DNA of 64,000 nucleotides from NCBI RefSeq assembly GCF_058153355.1, contig NZ_CM177019.1; one strand, 5' to 3'. Shown piece by piece: positions 52,170 to 61,911 of this stretch (position 1 is its first letter; each line of letters starts with the position of its first letter). The notes under the pieces were generated by a model. It saw only the letters and a program-made list of their open reading frames with translations, ran no database searches and was not told where the DNA came from. The position numbers and the translations under genes were made by a program.

Positions 52170-54203
52170 TCACACGTCCGGGAACATTACGCTATTACCC
52201 GGCGCTTCACGATGGAGATGGATAAAGTTCAGGTGCCGCTCGTACTGATCGAGAATATCGGTGATCACCTGCTCTTTGCTGTAGTCCATCAGGTCGTTGC
52301 CCTGGCTGCCTTCTAACAGGAAGGTTTCCAGCCGGTAGTAGGTCGATTTACCGCTACGTGCGCGGTAGGTAAAGCCCGGCACCGAATATTGCTGCGGCCA
52401 AATCTGATAGACAAAGTTTTGCTCTTCGCCCATATGCACCAACAAATCCAGATGCCCCAACTGTTGTCCCTCTTCCGGCGGCAGGCTTTTTAGCTCCACG
52501 TACGCACCGCGCAGTCGCAGTTCCTGCGCCACTTCTTCCATTGCCGGATAACAGACGGTTTCCATCATCTGTTTGGTGTAACGCGTTCCTGGGTAGTTCA
52601 TCAGGCGCGAGAGACGCTTTTTCCAGCTCAGGCGATCCTGAAGCCCCAGCGGTCGCGGCGCGGTATCACGGTTGGCACTTTCACGGCGGTAATCTTCTAC
52701 CTTCAGAGATTTATACAATCCCGCCATCACGAAGAAAATCACAAAGCTGAACGGTAGCCCCATGATTACCGTGGTGTTTTGCAGCGCGGATATCCCGTTG
52801 GTCATCAGCATACCGAGCGTCAGCAGACCAATGGCAACCGACCAGAAGACACGCAGCCAGCCCGGCGCGTCGCTGTTGATATCTTTAAGCTGCGAGGTGA
52901 AATTCCCCAGCACCAGCGCGCCGGAGTCCGCCGAGGTCACATAAAACAGCAGGCCAGTAATGGTGGCGACGGAGGCGCTAAAGGTAAACGCCGGATACTG
53001 CGCCAGCAGGCTGTAGAAGCCGCGCTCCGGATGGACCATCGCTTCCTCGGCAAATGCCGCGCCGCCGTGGATGATTTCATACAGCGCGCTATTGCCGAAT
53101 ACCGAGAGCCATAACAGCGTGAAGGTAAACGGAATAATCAACGTGCCCAGCACGAACTGGCGAATGGTGCGCCCACGCGAGATACGCGCCAGGAACAGGC
53201 CGACAAACGGCGACCAGGCTACCCACCATGCCCAGAAAAAGAGCGTCCAGTTATTCATCCACTCAACCGGGCGGTCAAAGGCGAAACTGTTGAGCGTCAT
53301 GCCCATAAAGCGGTTAACGTAATCGCCAACGTTCAGCACCAGCGCATTAAGCAGGAACGAGGTGTCGCCCATAAACAGCACGAACAGGATCAACCCCAGC
53401 GCCAGCGCAACGTTGAGTTCCGATAACACGCGAATGCCCTTATCGACACCGGAGGTGACAGAGATCGTTGCGATGATCACCGACAAGGCGATCAGTGCCG
53501 CTTTCGCCGCCATCGAATCGGGAATATCAAACAGTACGCTCAAGCCATAGTTAAGCTGCACCACACCGATACCGAGCGTAGTGGCAATACCGAAGATGGT
53601 GCCGATTACCGCTGCAATATCCACTGAATGACCAATCGGCCCGTTAATCCGTTTACCGAAGATCGGGTACAGCGCCGAGCGGATGGTGAGCGGCAAATTA
53701 TAACGATAGCTAAAGTATCCGAGCGCCATGCCCATCAGCGCATACATCGACCAGCCGGTTAAGCCGTAGTGAAACAGCGTCCAGACCATCGCCTGACGCG
53801 CGGCCTCAATCGTCTGACCCGCGCCTTCCGGCGGCTGCATATACTGCGTGACCGGCTCAGCAACGGAGAAGAACATCAGATCGATACCAATCCCGGCGGC
53901 GAACAGCATCGCCGCCCAGCTCAGTAAACTGAACTCTGGCTTAGACTGCTCAGGCCCAAGTTTCACCGAACCAAAGCGCGAACAGGCAATGCAGACCACA
54001 AAGACAATATAGAGCGTTGCCGCTAACAGATAGTACCAACCAAAAGTTTTAGAAACCCAGTCCAGCGTGCGGCCAATCCACAGAGCCGAGAAGTCGCGAA
54101 ACAGGATCGTTGTCAGGGAAAACAACAAAATCAGTCCGGCGGAAGTATAAAACACCACCGGATTGATTTTGTCCTTTTCCCTGCTGTGCGAAAGGTCTGT
54201 CAT
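52170..54203 (-). CDS. betT: choline transporter (BCCT family)
   Basis: 677-aa polytopic ORF; divergent from betIBA. Confidence 0.9.
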   Translation of the reverse strand: MTDLSHSREKDKINPVVFYTSAGLILLFSLTTILFRDFSALWIGRTLDWVSKTFGWYYLLAATLYIVFVVCIACSRFGSVKLGPEQSKPEFSLLSWAAMLFAAGIGIDLMFFSVAEPVTQYMQPPEGAGQTIEAARQAMVWTLFHYGLTGWSMYALMGMALGYFSYRYNLPLTIRSALYPIFGKRINGPIGHSVDIAAVIGTIFGIATTLGIGVVQLNYGLSVLFDIPDSMAAKAALIALSVIIATISVTSGVDKGIRVLSELNVALALGLILFVLFMGDTSFLLNALVLNVGDYVNRFMGMTLNSFAFDRPVEWMNNWTLFFWAWWVAWSPFVGLFLARISRGRTIRQFVLGTLIIPFTFTLLWLSVFGNSALYEIIHGGAAFAEEAMVHPERGFYSLLAQYPAFTFSASVATITGLLFYVTSADSGALVLGNFTSQLKDINSDAPGWLRVFWSVAIGLLTLGMLMTNGISALQNTTVIMGLPFSFVIFFVMAGLYKSLKVEDYRRESANRDTAPRPLGLQDRLSWKKRLSRLMNYPGTRYTKQMMETVCYPAMEEVAQELRLRGAYVELKSLPPEEGQQLGHLDLLVHMGEEQNFVYQIWPQQYSVPGFTYRARSGKSTYYRLETFLLEGSQGNDLMDYSKEQVITDILDQYERHLNFIHLHREAPGNSVMFPDV

Positions 54204-54331
54204 CCAGTATCCCCACTGTTATTGTTACCATTTAAAATCAAATTAGTAACAATTAAGACACATTTTATATTGAACGTCCAATCAATAACGGCTTTAATAG
54301 ATTAACAACGCTGATGAATGGAGTGGCAAAA
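54204..54331. promoter_or_regulatory. divergent betT / betIBA control region
   Basis: Intergenic region between divergent betT and betI; no individual sites mapped. Confidence 0.45.
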
Positions 54332-54919
54332 ATGCCCAAATTGGGGATGCAGTCGATCCGGCGCAGACAACTGATCGACGCCACGCTGGAAGCAATAAAT
54401 GAAGTAGGTATGCACGATGCGACGATCGCGCAGATCGCCCGCCGGGCGGGCGTTTCCACCGGGATCATTAGCCACTATTTCAAAGACAAAAATGGTCTGC
54501 TGGAAGCAACCATGCGTGATATCACCAGCCAGCTGCGTGACGCGGTCTTGAACCGCTTACACGCGCTACCGGATGGCAGCCCTGAGCAGCGATTACAGGC
54601 GATTGTTGACGGAAATTTCGATGAGACTCAGGTCAGTAATGCTGCGATGAAAGCCTGGCTGGCGTTTTGGGCCAGCAGTATGCATCAGCCGATGCTTTAC
54701 CGTTTGCAGCAGGTGAGCAGCCGCCGCTTGTTGTCGAATCTGGTGAGCGAATTTCACCGCGAGTTACCGCGCAAAGAGGCACAGGAGGCAGGTTATGGCC
54801 TGGCCGCGCTGATTGACGGTTTATGGCTGCGCGCGGCATTGAGCGGTAAACCGCTGGATAAACCTCTCGCACACTCGCTCACCCGCCACTTTATCACTCA
54901 GCATTTACCCACCGATTAA
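54332..54919 (+). CDS. betI: TetR-family repressor of the bet regulon
   Basis: ORF 54314-54919; start at [26 protein letters not shown]... gives 195 aa. Confidence 0.85.
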   Translation: MPKLGMQSIRRRQLIDATLEAINEVGMHDATIAQIARRAGVSTGIISHYFKDKNGLLEATMRDITSQLRDAVLNRLHALPDGSPEQRLQAIVDGNFDETQVSNAAMKAWLAFWASSMHQPMLYRLQQVSSRRLLSNLVSEFHRELPRKEAQEAGYGLAALIDGLWLRAALSGKPLDKPLAHSLTRHFITQHLPTD

Positions 54920-54932
54920 CCGAGGAGACGTG

Positions 54933-56405
54933 ATGTCCCGAATGGCAGAACAGCAGCTTTATATACATGGTGGTTATACCTCCGCCACCAGCGGTCGCAC
55001 CTTCGAGACCATTAACCCGGCCAACGGTAACGTGCTGGCGACCGTGCAGGCCGCCGGGCGTGAGGATGTCGATCGCGCCGTGAAGAGCGCCCAGCAGGGG
55101 CAAAAAATCTGGGCGGCGATGACCGCCATGGAACGCTCGCGCATTCTGCGTCGGGCCGTTGATATTCTGCGCGAACGCAATGACGAACTCGCTAAACTGG
55201 AAACCCTCGACACCGGGAAGGCGTATTCAGAAACCTCAACCGTCGATATCGTTACCGGCGCGGACGTACTGGAGTACTACGCCGGGCTGATCCCGGCGCT
55301 GGAAGGCAGCCAGATCCCGCTACGCGAGACGTCGTTTGTTTATACCCGCAGTGAACCGCTGGGCGTGGTCGCCGGAATTGGCGCATGGAACTACCCGATT
55401 CAGATTGCTTTGTGGAAATCCGCTCCGGCACTGGCCGCAGGCAACGCGATGATATTCAAACCGAGCGAAGTTACCCCGCTTACCGCGTTAAAGCTGGCTG
55501 AAATCTACAGCGAAGCGGGCCTGCCGGACGGCGTATTTAACGTGTTGCCGGGCGTAGGTGCGGAAACCGGGCAGTATCTGACCGAGCATCCGGGCATCGC
55601 CAAAGTGTCGTTTACCGGCGGCGTCGCCAGCGGCAAAAAGGTGATGGCTAACGCGGCGGCCTCTTCCCTGAAAGAGGTGACCATGGAGCTGGGCGGTAAA
55701 TCGCCGCTGATCGTTTTCGACGATGCAGACCTCGATCTCGCTGCCGATATCGCCATGATGGCGAACTTCTTTAGCTCCGGTCAGGTGTGTACCAATGGCA
55801 CCCGCGTGTTTATTCCGGCGAAATGCAAAGCCGCGTTTGAGCAGAAAATACTGGCGCGCGTTGAACGCATTCGCGCGGGCGACGTTTTCGATCCGCAAAC
55901 CAACTTTGGCCCGCTGGTCAGCTTCCCGCATCGCGATAATGTGCTGCGCTATATCGCCAAAGGCAAAGAGGAAGGTGCACGCGTGCTCTGCGGCGGCGAT
56001 GTGCTGAAGGGTGATGGCTTCGATAACGGCGCATGGGTTGCTCCGACCGTGTTCACCGATTGCCGCGACGAAATGACTATCGTGCGCGAAGAGATCTTCG
56101 GCCCGGTGATGTCGCTCCTCACGTATGAGTCTGAAGACGAAGTGATTCGCCGCGCCAATGATACCGACTACGGTCTGGCGGCGGGTATCGTCACGGCGGA
56201 TCTGAACCGCGCGCATCGCGTCATTCATCAGCTGGAAGCCGGCATTTGCTGGATCAACACCTGGGGAGAATCCCCGGCGGAGATGCCCGTTGGCGGTTAC
56301 AAACACTCCGGCATTGGCCGCGAGAACGGCGTGATGACGCTCCAGAGTTATACCCAGGTGAAGTCCATCCAGGTTGAGATGGCTAAATTCCAGTCCATAT
56401 TCTAA
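54933..56405 (+). CDS. betB: betaine aldehyde dehydrogenase
   Basis: 490-aa aldehyde dehydrogenase ORF immediately after betI. Confidence 0.9.
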   Translation: MSRMAEQQLYIHGGYTSATSGRTFETINPANGNVLATVQAAGREDVDRAVKSAQQGQKIWAAMTAMERSRILRRAVDILRERNDELAKLETLDTGKAYSETSTVDIVTGADVLEYYAGLIPALEGSQIPLRETSFVYTRSEPLGVVAGIGAWNYPIQIALWKSAPALAAGNAMIFKPSEVTPLTALKLAEIYSEAGLPDGVFNVLPGVGAETGQYLTEHPGIAKVSFTGGVASGKKVMANAAASSLKEVTMELGGKSPLIVFDDADLDLAADIAMMANFFSSGQVCTNGTRVFIPAKCKAAFEQKILARVERIRAGDVFDPQTNFGPLVSFPHRDNVLRYIAKGKEEGARVLCGGDVLKGDGFDNGAWVAPTVFTDCRDEMTIVREEIFGPVMSLLTYESEDEVIRRANDTDYGLAAGIVTADLNRAHRVIHQLEAGICWINTWGESPAEMPVGGYKHSGIGRENGVMTLQSYTQVKSIQVEMAKFQSIF

Positions 56406-56418
56406 CCAGGAGGTTTAT

Positions 56419-58107
56419 TTGCAATTTGACTACATCATTATTGGCGCCGGCTCTGCCGGCAACGTCCTCGCGACACGTCTGACTGAAGATCCGAACACTA
56501 CCGTGCTGCTGCTTGAAGCGGGCGGCCCGGACTATCGCTTTGACTTCCGTACCCAAATGCCCGCTGCGCTGGCGTTCCCGCTACAGGGTAAACGCTACAA
56601 CTGGGCGTATGAGACCGAGCCGGAACCGTTTATGAACAACCGTCGCATGGAGTGCGGACGCGGTAAGGGGCTTGGTGGATCATCACTGATCAACGGCATG
56701 TGTTACATCCGTGGTAACGCACTGGATCTCGATAACTGGGCGAAAGAACCCGGTCTGGAGAACTGGAGCTACCTCGACTGCCTGCCCTACTACCGCAAGG
56801 CCGAGACGCGCGATGTGGGCGAGAACGACTACCACGGCGGTGATGGCCCGGTAAGCGTGACCACCTCAAAACCGGGTGTCAATCCGCTGTTTGAAGCGAT
56901 GATTGAAGCGGGCGTGCAGGCGGGCTACCCGCGCACGGACGATCTCAACGGCTATCAGCAGGAAGGTTTCGGCCCGATGGACCGCACCGTCACGCCACAG
57001 GGCCGTCGCGCCAGCACCGCGAGGGGTTATCTCGATCAGGCCAAATCGCGCCCGAACCTGACGATTCGTACTCACGCTATGACCGATCACATCATTTTTG
57101 ACGGCAAACGCGCGGTGGGCGTCGAGTGGCTGGAAGGCGACAGCACCATTCCGACCCGCGCGGCGGCGAATAAAGAAGTGCTGTTATGTGCAGGCGCGAT
57201 TGCTTCACCGCAGATCCTGCAACGCTCCGGCGTCGGCAACGCTGGACTGCTGGCGGAGTTTGATATTCCGCTGGTGCATGAATTACCTGGCGTCGGCGAA
57301 AATCTTCAGGATCACCTGGAGATGTATCTGCAATATGAGTGCAAAGAACCGGTTTCCCTCTACCCTGCCCTGCAGTGGTGGAACCAGCCGAAAATCGGCG
57401 CGGAGTGGCTGTTTGGCGGCACCGGCGTGGGTGCCAGCAACCACTTTGAAGCAGGCGGATTTATTCGCAGCCGTGAGGAATTTGCGTGGCCGAATATTCA
57501 GTACCATTTCCTGCCAGTGGCGATTAACTATAACGGCTCGAATGCGGTGAAAGAGCACGGCTTCCAGTGCCATGTCGGATCGATGCGCTCGCCAAGCCGT
57601 GGGCATGTGCGGATTAAATCCCGCGACCCGCACCAGCATCCGGCGATTCTGTTTAACTACATGTCGCACGAGCAGGACTGGCAGGAGTTCCGCGACGCGA
57701 TTCACATCACCCGCGAGATCATGCATCAACCCGCGCTGGATCAATACCGTGGCCGCGAAATCAGCCCTGGTGTCGAATACCAGACGGATGAGCAGCTCGA
57801 TGAGTTCGTGCGTAACCACGCCGAAACCGCGTTTCATCCGTGCGGTACCTGCAAAATGGGTTATGACGAGATGGCAGTGGTTGACGCCGAAGGCCACGTA
57901 CACGGGCTGGAAGGCCTGCGCGTGGTGGATGCGTCAATTATGCCGCAAATTATCACCGGCAATTTGAACGCCACGACGATTATGATTGGCGAGAAAATAG
58001 CGGATATGATTCGCGGGCAAGAAGCGTTGCCGAGGAGTCTGGCGGCGTATTTTGTGGCGAATGGGATGCCAGTAAGAGCGAAAAAACTGAATCGCGATTT
58101 GAACTAA
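56419..58107 (+). CDS. betA: choline dehydrogenase (GMC oxidoreductase)
   Basis: Start at [21 protein letters not shown]... (TTG at 56419 in this sequence, preceded by AGGAGG); FAD-binding GxGxxG motif. Confidence 0.85.
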   Translation: MQFDYIIIGAGSAGNVLATRLTEDPNTTVLLLEAGGPDYRFDFRTQMPAALAFPLQGKRYNWAYETEPEPFMNNRRMECGRGKGLGGSSLINGMCYIRGNALDLDNWAKEPGLENWSYLDCLPYYRKAETRDVGENDYHGGDGPVSVTTSKPGVNPLFEAMIEAGVQAGYPRTDDLNGYQQEGFGPMDRTVTPQGRRASTARGYLDQAKSRPNLTIRTHAMTDHIIFDGKRAVGVEWLEGDSTIPTRAAANKEVLLCAGAIASPQILQRSGVGNAGLLAEFDIPLVHELPGVGENLQDHLEMYLQYECKEPVSLYPALQWWNQPKIGAEWLFGGTGVGASNHFEAGGFIRSREEFAWPNIQYHFLPVAINYNGSNAVKEHGFQCHVGSMRSPSRGHVRIKSRDPHQHPAILFNYMSHEQDWQEFRDAIHITREIMHQPALDQYRGREISPGVEYQTDEQLDEFVRNHAETAFHPCGTCKMGYDEMAVVDAEGHVHGLEGLRVVDASIMPQIITGNLNATTIMIGEKIADMIRGQEALPRSLAAYFVANGMPVRAKKLNRDLN

Positions 58108-59215
58108 CGCAGGAACTTATAAGCTTGAGAGTTACCGTTCTACGATGAGGACCGAATCCTTATATAAAAACATAGGTAACTCTCATGCTTCATATCCGCA
58201 GTCCCGCCATCAAACTTTAAGCCGATTCGCTCAATCTGGCGGATGATGGTGCTATGGATACACTGATAAACCACAAGTGTAATGCCACTCAGCTTAAGAA
58301 TCACGCAACCAGTGCTCCTGGCCAGGGTTACTTGTTCTTTCCCACTCCCGGTTAGCAGTGGTCAGCGATCAACTGCGTAAGCCGGGCGTATTTATCCCAA
58401 AGCGTGGAGTAATATCAGGTCTACGCTAAAAAACTCAATTTATTCGGTTATCATGCACGCAAAGGGGGCTTGTGGCGAGTATAAAAATAAGTCAGACCCA
58501 AAAACTACGTGGAGCTTTAAACACGGTTCGTATAATTTATTAGCAGCGATTTATTTCTACCCTTCTTTAATCAGTCATCATGATTAAATATTTTTTATCA
58601 CAAGATTATCGCTTCTCTAACATTTTATTTTTTATTTATTATCAATTGATAAGAAAAAATTGTTAGTACGTTTTTGCAAAAAATTAAAAGTGTTGGAATA
58701 CACTTAAACAAATGAACAAAAACCAAACAAACTGAGATTTGCAATCAGAAAAAATTATTCAAGAGAACATCTCTAATTTATTGGTAGCGTCCATGAACGA
58801 TGATTTCCTCACAACCAAAAAGTAAAGAAAATCTTATGATAAGATATATTTGTAAATTAGTATTATTAACGTCAAAGATCTTTTCTTTTCTGCACCCTTA
58901 CTTTGCAACGCATAAAAAACAAATAAAATCAATAATATATGCAGAAAAAGTTATTTTACGTAAAAATAACATTAAATAAATCAAGACTATTGAACATCAC
59001 TAAAACATTAGACGTAATACACATTCACCCCCGCTCCTTGACTCAGGGTTTTAATATTTTTTGTTTCACATCATTGTAGAAAAAATCGCGCATTAAAAAT
59101 GAGTTGTAGAAAAACCGCACAATAAATATTTCATATTTTATCTATTGCGTAGAACTACTATTCAAAAAATCTTATTAATGAGATAATGAAATTACATCGA
59201 TAACGTTCTGATTGC

Positions 59216-59248
59216 AGGCACACTTATCTGGGTGTGCCTCTTTTTTTT
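59216..59248 (+). terminator. candidate Rho-independent terminator just upstream of the recombinase gene
   Basis: aggcacac-ttatctgg-gtgtgcct hairpin followed by cttttttttac. Confidence 0.45.
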
Positions 59249-59268
59249 ACAACTGTACACGGTGGCGT

Positions 59269-59889
59269 ATGACGAGAAAATATCTCACACAGGATGAAGT
59301 CTACAGGCTGATGGATGCAGCCCAGAGCATGTCCTTTCCTGAAAGAAATCGCTGTCTAATTATGATGGCTTTCATTCACGGTTTTAGGGCCAGTGAACTT
59401 CTTGATTTACATTTATCCGATATTGATGCATCAGGAAAACAACTTAATATTCGGCGTATTAAAAATGGTTTCTCGACAACACATCCTCTTCTTCCTGATG
59501 AATATAATTTGATCAAGTTGTGGCTTAAGCAGAGGAAGTTAATTGAAAATGGAGTTGAAGGAGACAGGCTTTTTCTCTCCCGGAAACGCCGCCCTATCAG
59601 CAGACAACATTTTTTTTCGATCATTCGTGAGGCAGGAAGACGTGCAGGATTAGCTGTAAAAGCACATCCTCATATGTTACGTCATGCCTGTGGATTTGCT
59701 CTGGCTGACAATGGTGTCGATACCCGACTACTTCAGGATTATCTGGGTCATCGAAATATTCAGCATACTGTCAGATACACAGCCAGTAATGCTGCTCGAT
59801 TTAAAGGGGTGTGGAAAAAAAGCCTCGTTAAAACAGTACCTTCTGATTCAAAATGTCAGATTCCTACGTTTGCCTCAATTCTTCCATAA
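59269..59889 (+). CDS. FimB/FimE-family tyrosine recombinase
   Basis: ORF 59212-59889; start at MTRKYLTQDEV...; motifs shared with FimB (CFIHGFRASE, HPHMLRHACGFALA, LGHRNI, YTA). Confidence 0.85.
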   Translation: MTRKYLTQDEVYRLMDAAQSMSFPERNRCLIMMAFIHGFRASELLDLHLSDIDASGKQLNIRRIKNGFSTTHPLLPDEYNLIKLWLKQRKLIENGVEGDRLFLSRKRRPISRQHFFSIIREAGRRAGLAVKAHPHMLRHACGFALADNGVDTRLLQDYLGHRNIQHTVRYTASNAARFKGVWKKSLVKTVPSDSKCQIPTFASILP

Positions 59890-60131
59890 AAAAACAGCCC
59901 ATTCAATTAAATAAAACACATAACATGTTGATATTTCTCGCTAAAGTAAAATAACCCCATGATTTGAAATGATTAACCATAAAGGTCATACCAGTGGTTA
60001 ACTTTCACCCACTCTGTTAAATAACACAAAATTAAAAACAATAAAAGTAATAAAAATTAGATTTATATTCCAAGAAAATTAAATATTCAGGTAATTAAAC
60101 CAAACCTGACATTTTGAATCAAAATGTCAGG
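59843..60131. promoter_or_regulatory. candidate invertible DNA switch: ~245-bp AT-rich segment flanked by 16-17-bp inverted repeats
   Basis: ctgattcaaaatgtcag (59843-59859) is the inverse of ctgacattttgaatca (60106-60121, 16/17 match); the right repeat lies in a 27-bp palindrome (60105-60131) followed by tttt, 30 nt upstream of the LuxR-type ORF. Confidence 0.45.
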
Positions 60132-60160
60132 TTTTGTAGCAATGGCGTGGACGAGTCTGA

Positions 60161-60955
60161 ATGAAGAAGCCTCTGGTTATTATCAGTGCCTGTCAGTTCA
60201 CCAGGCTGGCACTGGAGTCTCTCATCCCAACGGACAGGTATCTCGTGCGGGTGTACAGCAACGTCACTACAGAGGTTGAATTCGTTTTAAAGACCTCCTG
60301 TGGCTACCTGTTAGCTGATATCCCTTCGCTTCCTTCAGGGGAGTTGGTTCTTCTGGCTTGTCTTGTCCGCTTGCGGAGTGATGCCGGGCAATGGCAGGTC
60401 TGCCTGACCGGTGACTCCAACTGGTTCGATAATGCTCCTGTTGCAAGTCTGTACTACGGCTTCCCACGCATAAGCACCCTGCTGACAGCGAGTCGTTATC
60501 AGAATCAAATTATCCGCTGGTTACTACGTCCTTTGCCCGGCGATATGAGCGATTTCTGGCTCCTGACTGCACGGGAGTTGAGCGTGCTTAAGATTCTGAT
60601 GCAGGGCATGAGTTTCAGTGAGATTGCCCGTTATGAACAACGCAGTTCAAAGACCCTGCATGCGATTGCCACACGGGCATTAATGAAACTTGGACTGGGA
60701 ACTCTGAGCGATTTCAGGCTGCTCTATACGGGATGCGGTGACAGCAGAGTGAAACGGAATATACGGCTACATGCAAGATATGTCGGACAACATTCCGCTC
60801 ATCGACTCACTCAGTATGTGCAGAACATGGTATCCGGAATTCTTTATCCAGAGAAAGTTGCCGTTGGTGAATCAATAAATTCTGACGCCATATCCGGAAA
60901 AGTACTTTCCGGACTAAGAAAAAATATGCCTAAAAAAAGACCAGGTTTGTTATGA
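60161..60955 (+). CDS. LuxR-type HTH transcriptional regulator
   Basis: 264-aa ORF; LuxR/GerE-type HTH (LTARELSVLKILMQGMSFSEIARYEQRSSKTLHAIATRALMKLGL). Confidence 0.7.
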   Translation: MKKPLVIISACQFTRLALESLIPTDRYLVRVYSNVTTEVEFVLKTSCGYLLADIPSLPSGELVLLACLVRLRSDAGQWQVCLTGDSNWFDNAPVASLYYGFPRISTLLTASRYQNQIIRWLLRPLPGDMSDFWLLTARELSVLKILMQGMSFSEIARYEQRSSKTLHAIATRALMKLGLGTLSDFRLLYTGCGDSRVKRNIRLHARYVGQHSAHRLTQYVQNMVSGILYPEKVAVGESINSDAISGKVLSGLRKNMPKKRPGLL

Positions 60956-61108
60956 CACAGCAGCGTTGTTACTACCCCCCACTGCGGCGCATACGGACTC
61001 GCTACAGTGTAGGAGCCAAAATATTTCTACTGCTCTGGGCTGCAGGATTGGGAGGCACGCTGTACAGCCTGTACAGCGTGCTGGCGTACTGACATCTGTG
61101 AGGGAAGG

Positions 61109-61870
61109 ATGCGTTTCGTTCTTTTCTGTCCCTCAGGAATTGTACCAGCGCAGTTCGCAGCTCTATCAACCGGTTCTGTCGGCAATGTTACCTGCATTGG
61201 AACAGAAGAGGAGTTACGCAATAAATTGCGGCACAGGCCACAGAGTGTCGTGATATCGGCAGGGCGACCTGCCGAATGCGCTGAAATGTGGTTCCGATTT
61301 TATCGGGATCACTCATTCGTGGTGGTGTTGTGCGTCGCGCCCTTTTTTCTGCCACCGGATGTGAGTATTTCTGGCGTTCTCAAAAACCTGAGGTTACTGA
61401 AACCAGGAATGTCAGTAGAGCATGTCATCAGTATTGCAAATGCCTCTGGTGGGTTTTCAGGGCTGAAACATGCAGAAATTTTGCCAGTTATGGACAGTTA
61501 CTCTGTCTTTATGAAAGAGGTGAATAACCGCACAAAGACAATCGTCATGTCAGAACGCTTCCCGGAAAAGCAAAAGAAGGTGTTGTCGTTGCTTCTTGCC
61601 GGACACAGCTGGGAATACAGTGCGCAGTTTCTCAAAACGGGGATAAGACAGATATGGCTTGCCGAGCAGTCGCTAAAAAAGCGTTGGGGAATACCGGACA
61701 GCATGTCATTGCGGGAAGCCCTGCTGCTGAGCAGCAATAAATTTCACGGTGATGGAAATGCATTGGAAGAAACGAATGCCATGACATTGCGTGAAAACGG
61801 AAATACCAACAGGTATTCCGTGGTGGTAAATGCAGGGACGCAGGCTTTATCTCTGCATAAATATAAATAA
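61109..61870 (+). CDS. second putative regulator with degenerate LuxR-like C-terminus
   Basis: 253-aa ORF with GAGGGAAGG Shine-Dalgarno; C-terminal KKVLSLLLAGHSWEYSAQFLKTGIRQIWLAEQSLKKRWGI. Confidence 0.55.
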   Translation: MRFVLFCPSGIVPAQFAALSTGSVGNVTCIGTEEELRNKLRHRPQSVVISAGRPAECAEMWFRFYRDHSFVVVLCVAPFFLPPDVSISGVLKNLRLLKPGMSVEHVISIANASGGFSGLKHAEILPVMDSYSVFMKEVNNRTKTIVMSERFPEKQKKVLSLLLAGHSWEYSAQFLKTGIRQIWLAEQSLKKRWGIPDSMSLREALLLSSNKFHGDGNALEETNAMTLRENGNTNRYSVVVNAGTQALSLHKYK

Positions 61871-61911
61871 GTGGGAAATTGAAATTAGTTACCAGAATGG
61901 AGAATTTCTTC

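Noticed and set aside
60105-60131. 27-bp palindrome considered purely as a terminator for the recombinase gene.
   Set aside because: Not rejected outright, but it lies about 215 nt past the recombinase stop and its arm is repeated in inverted orientation inside the recombinase 3' end, so it is kept inside the invertible-switch hypothesis.
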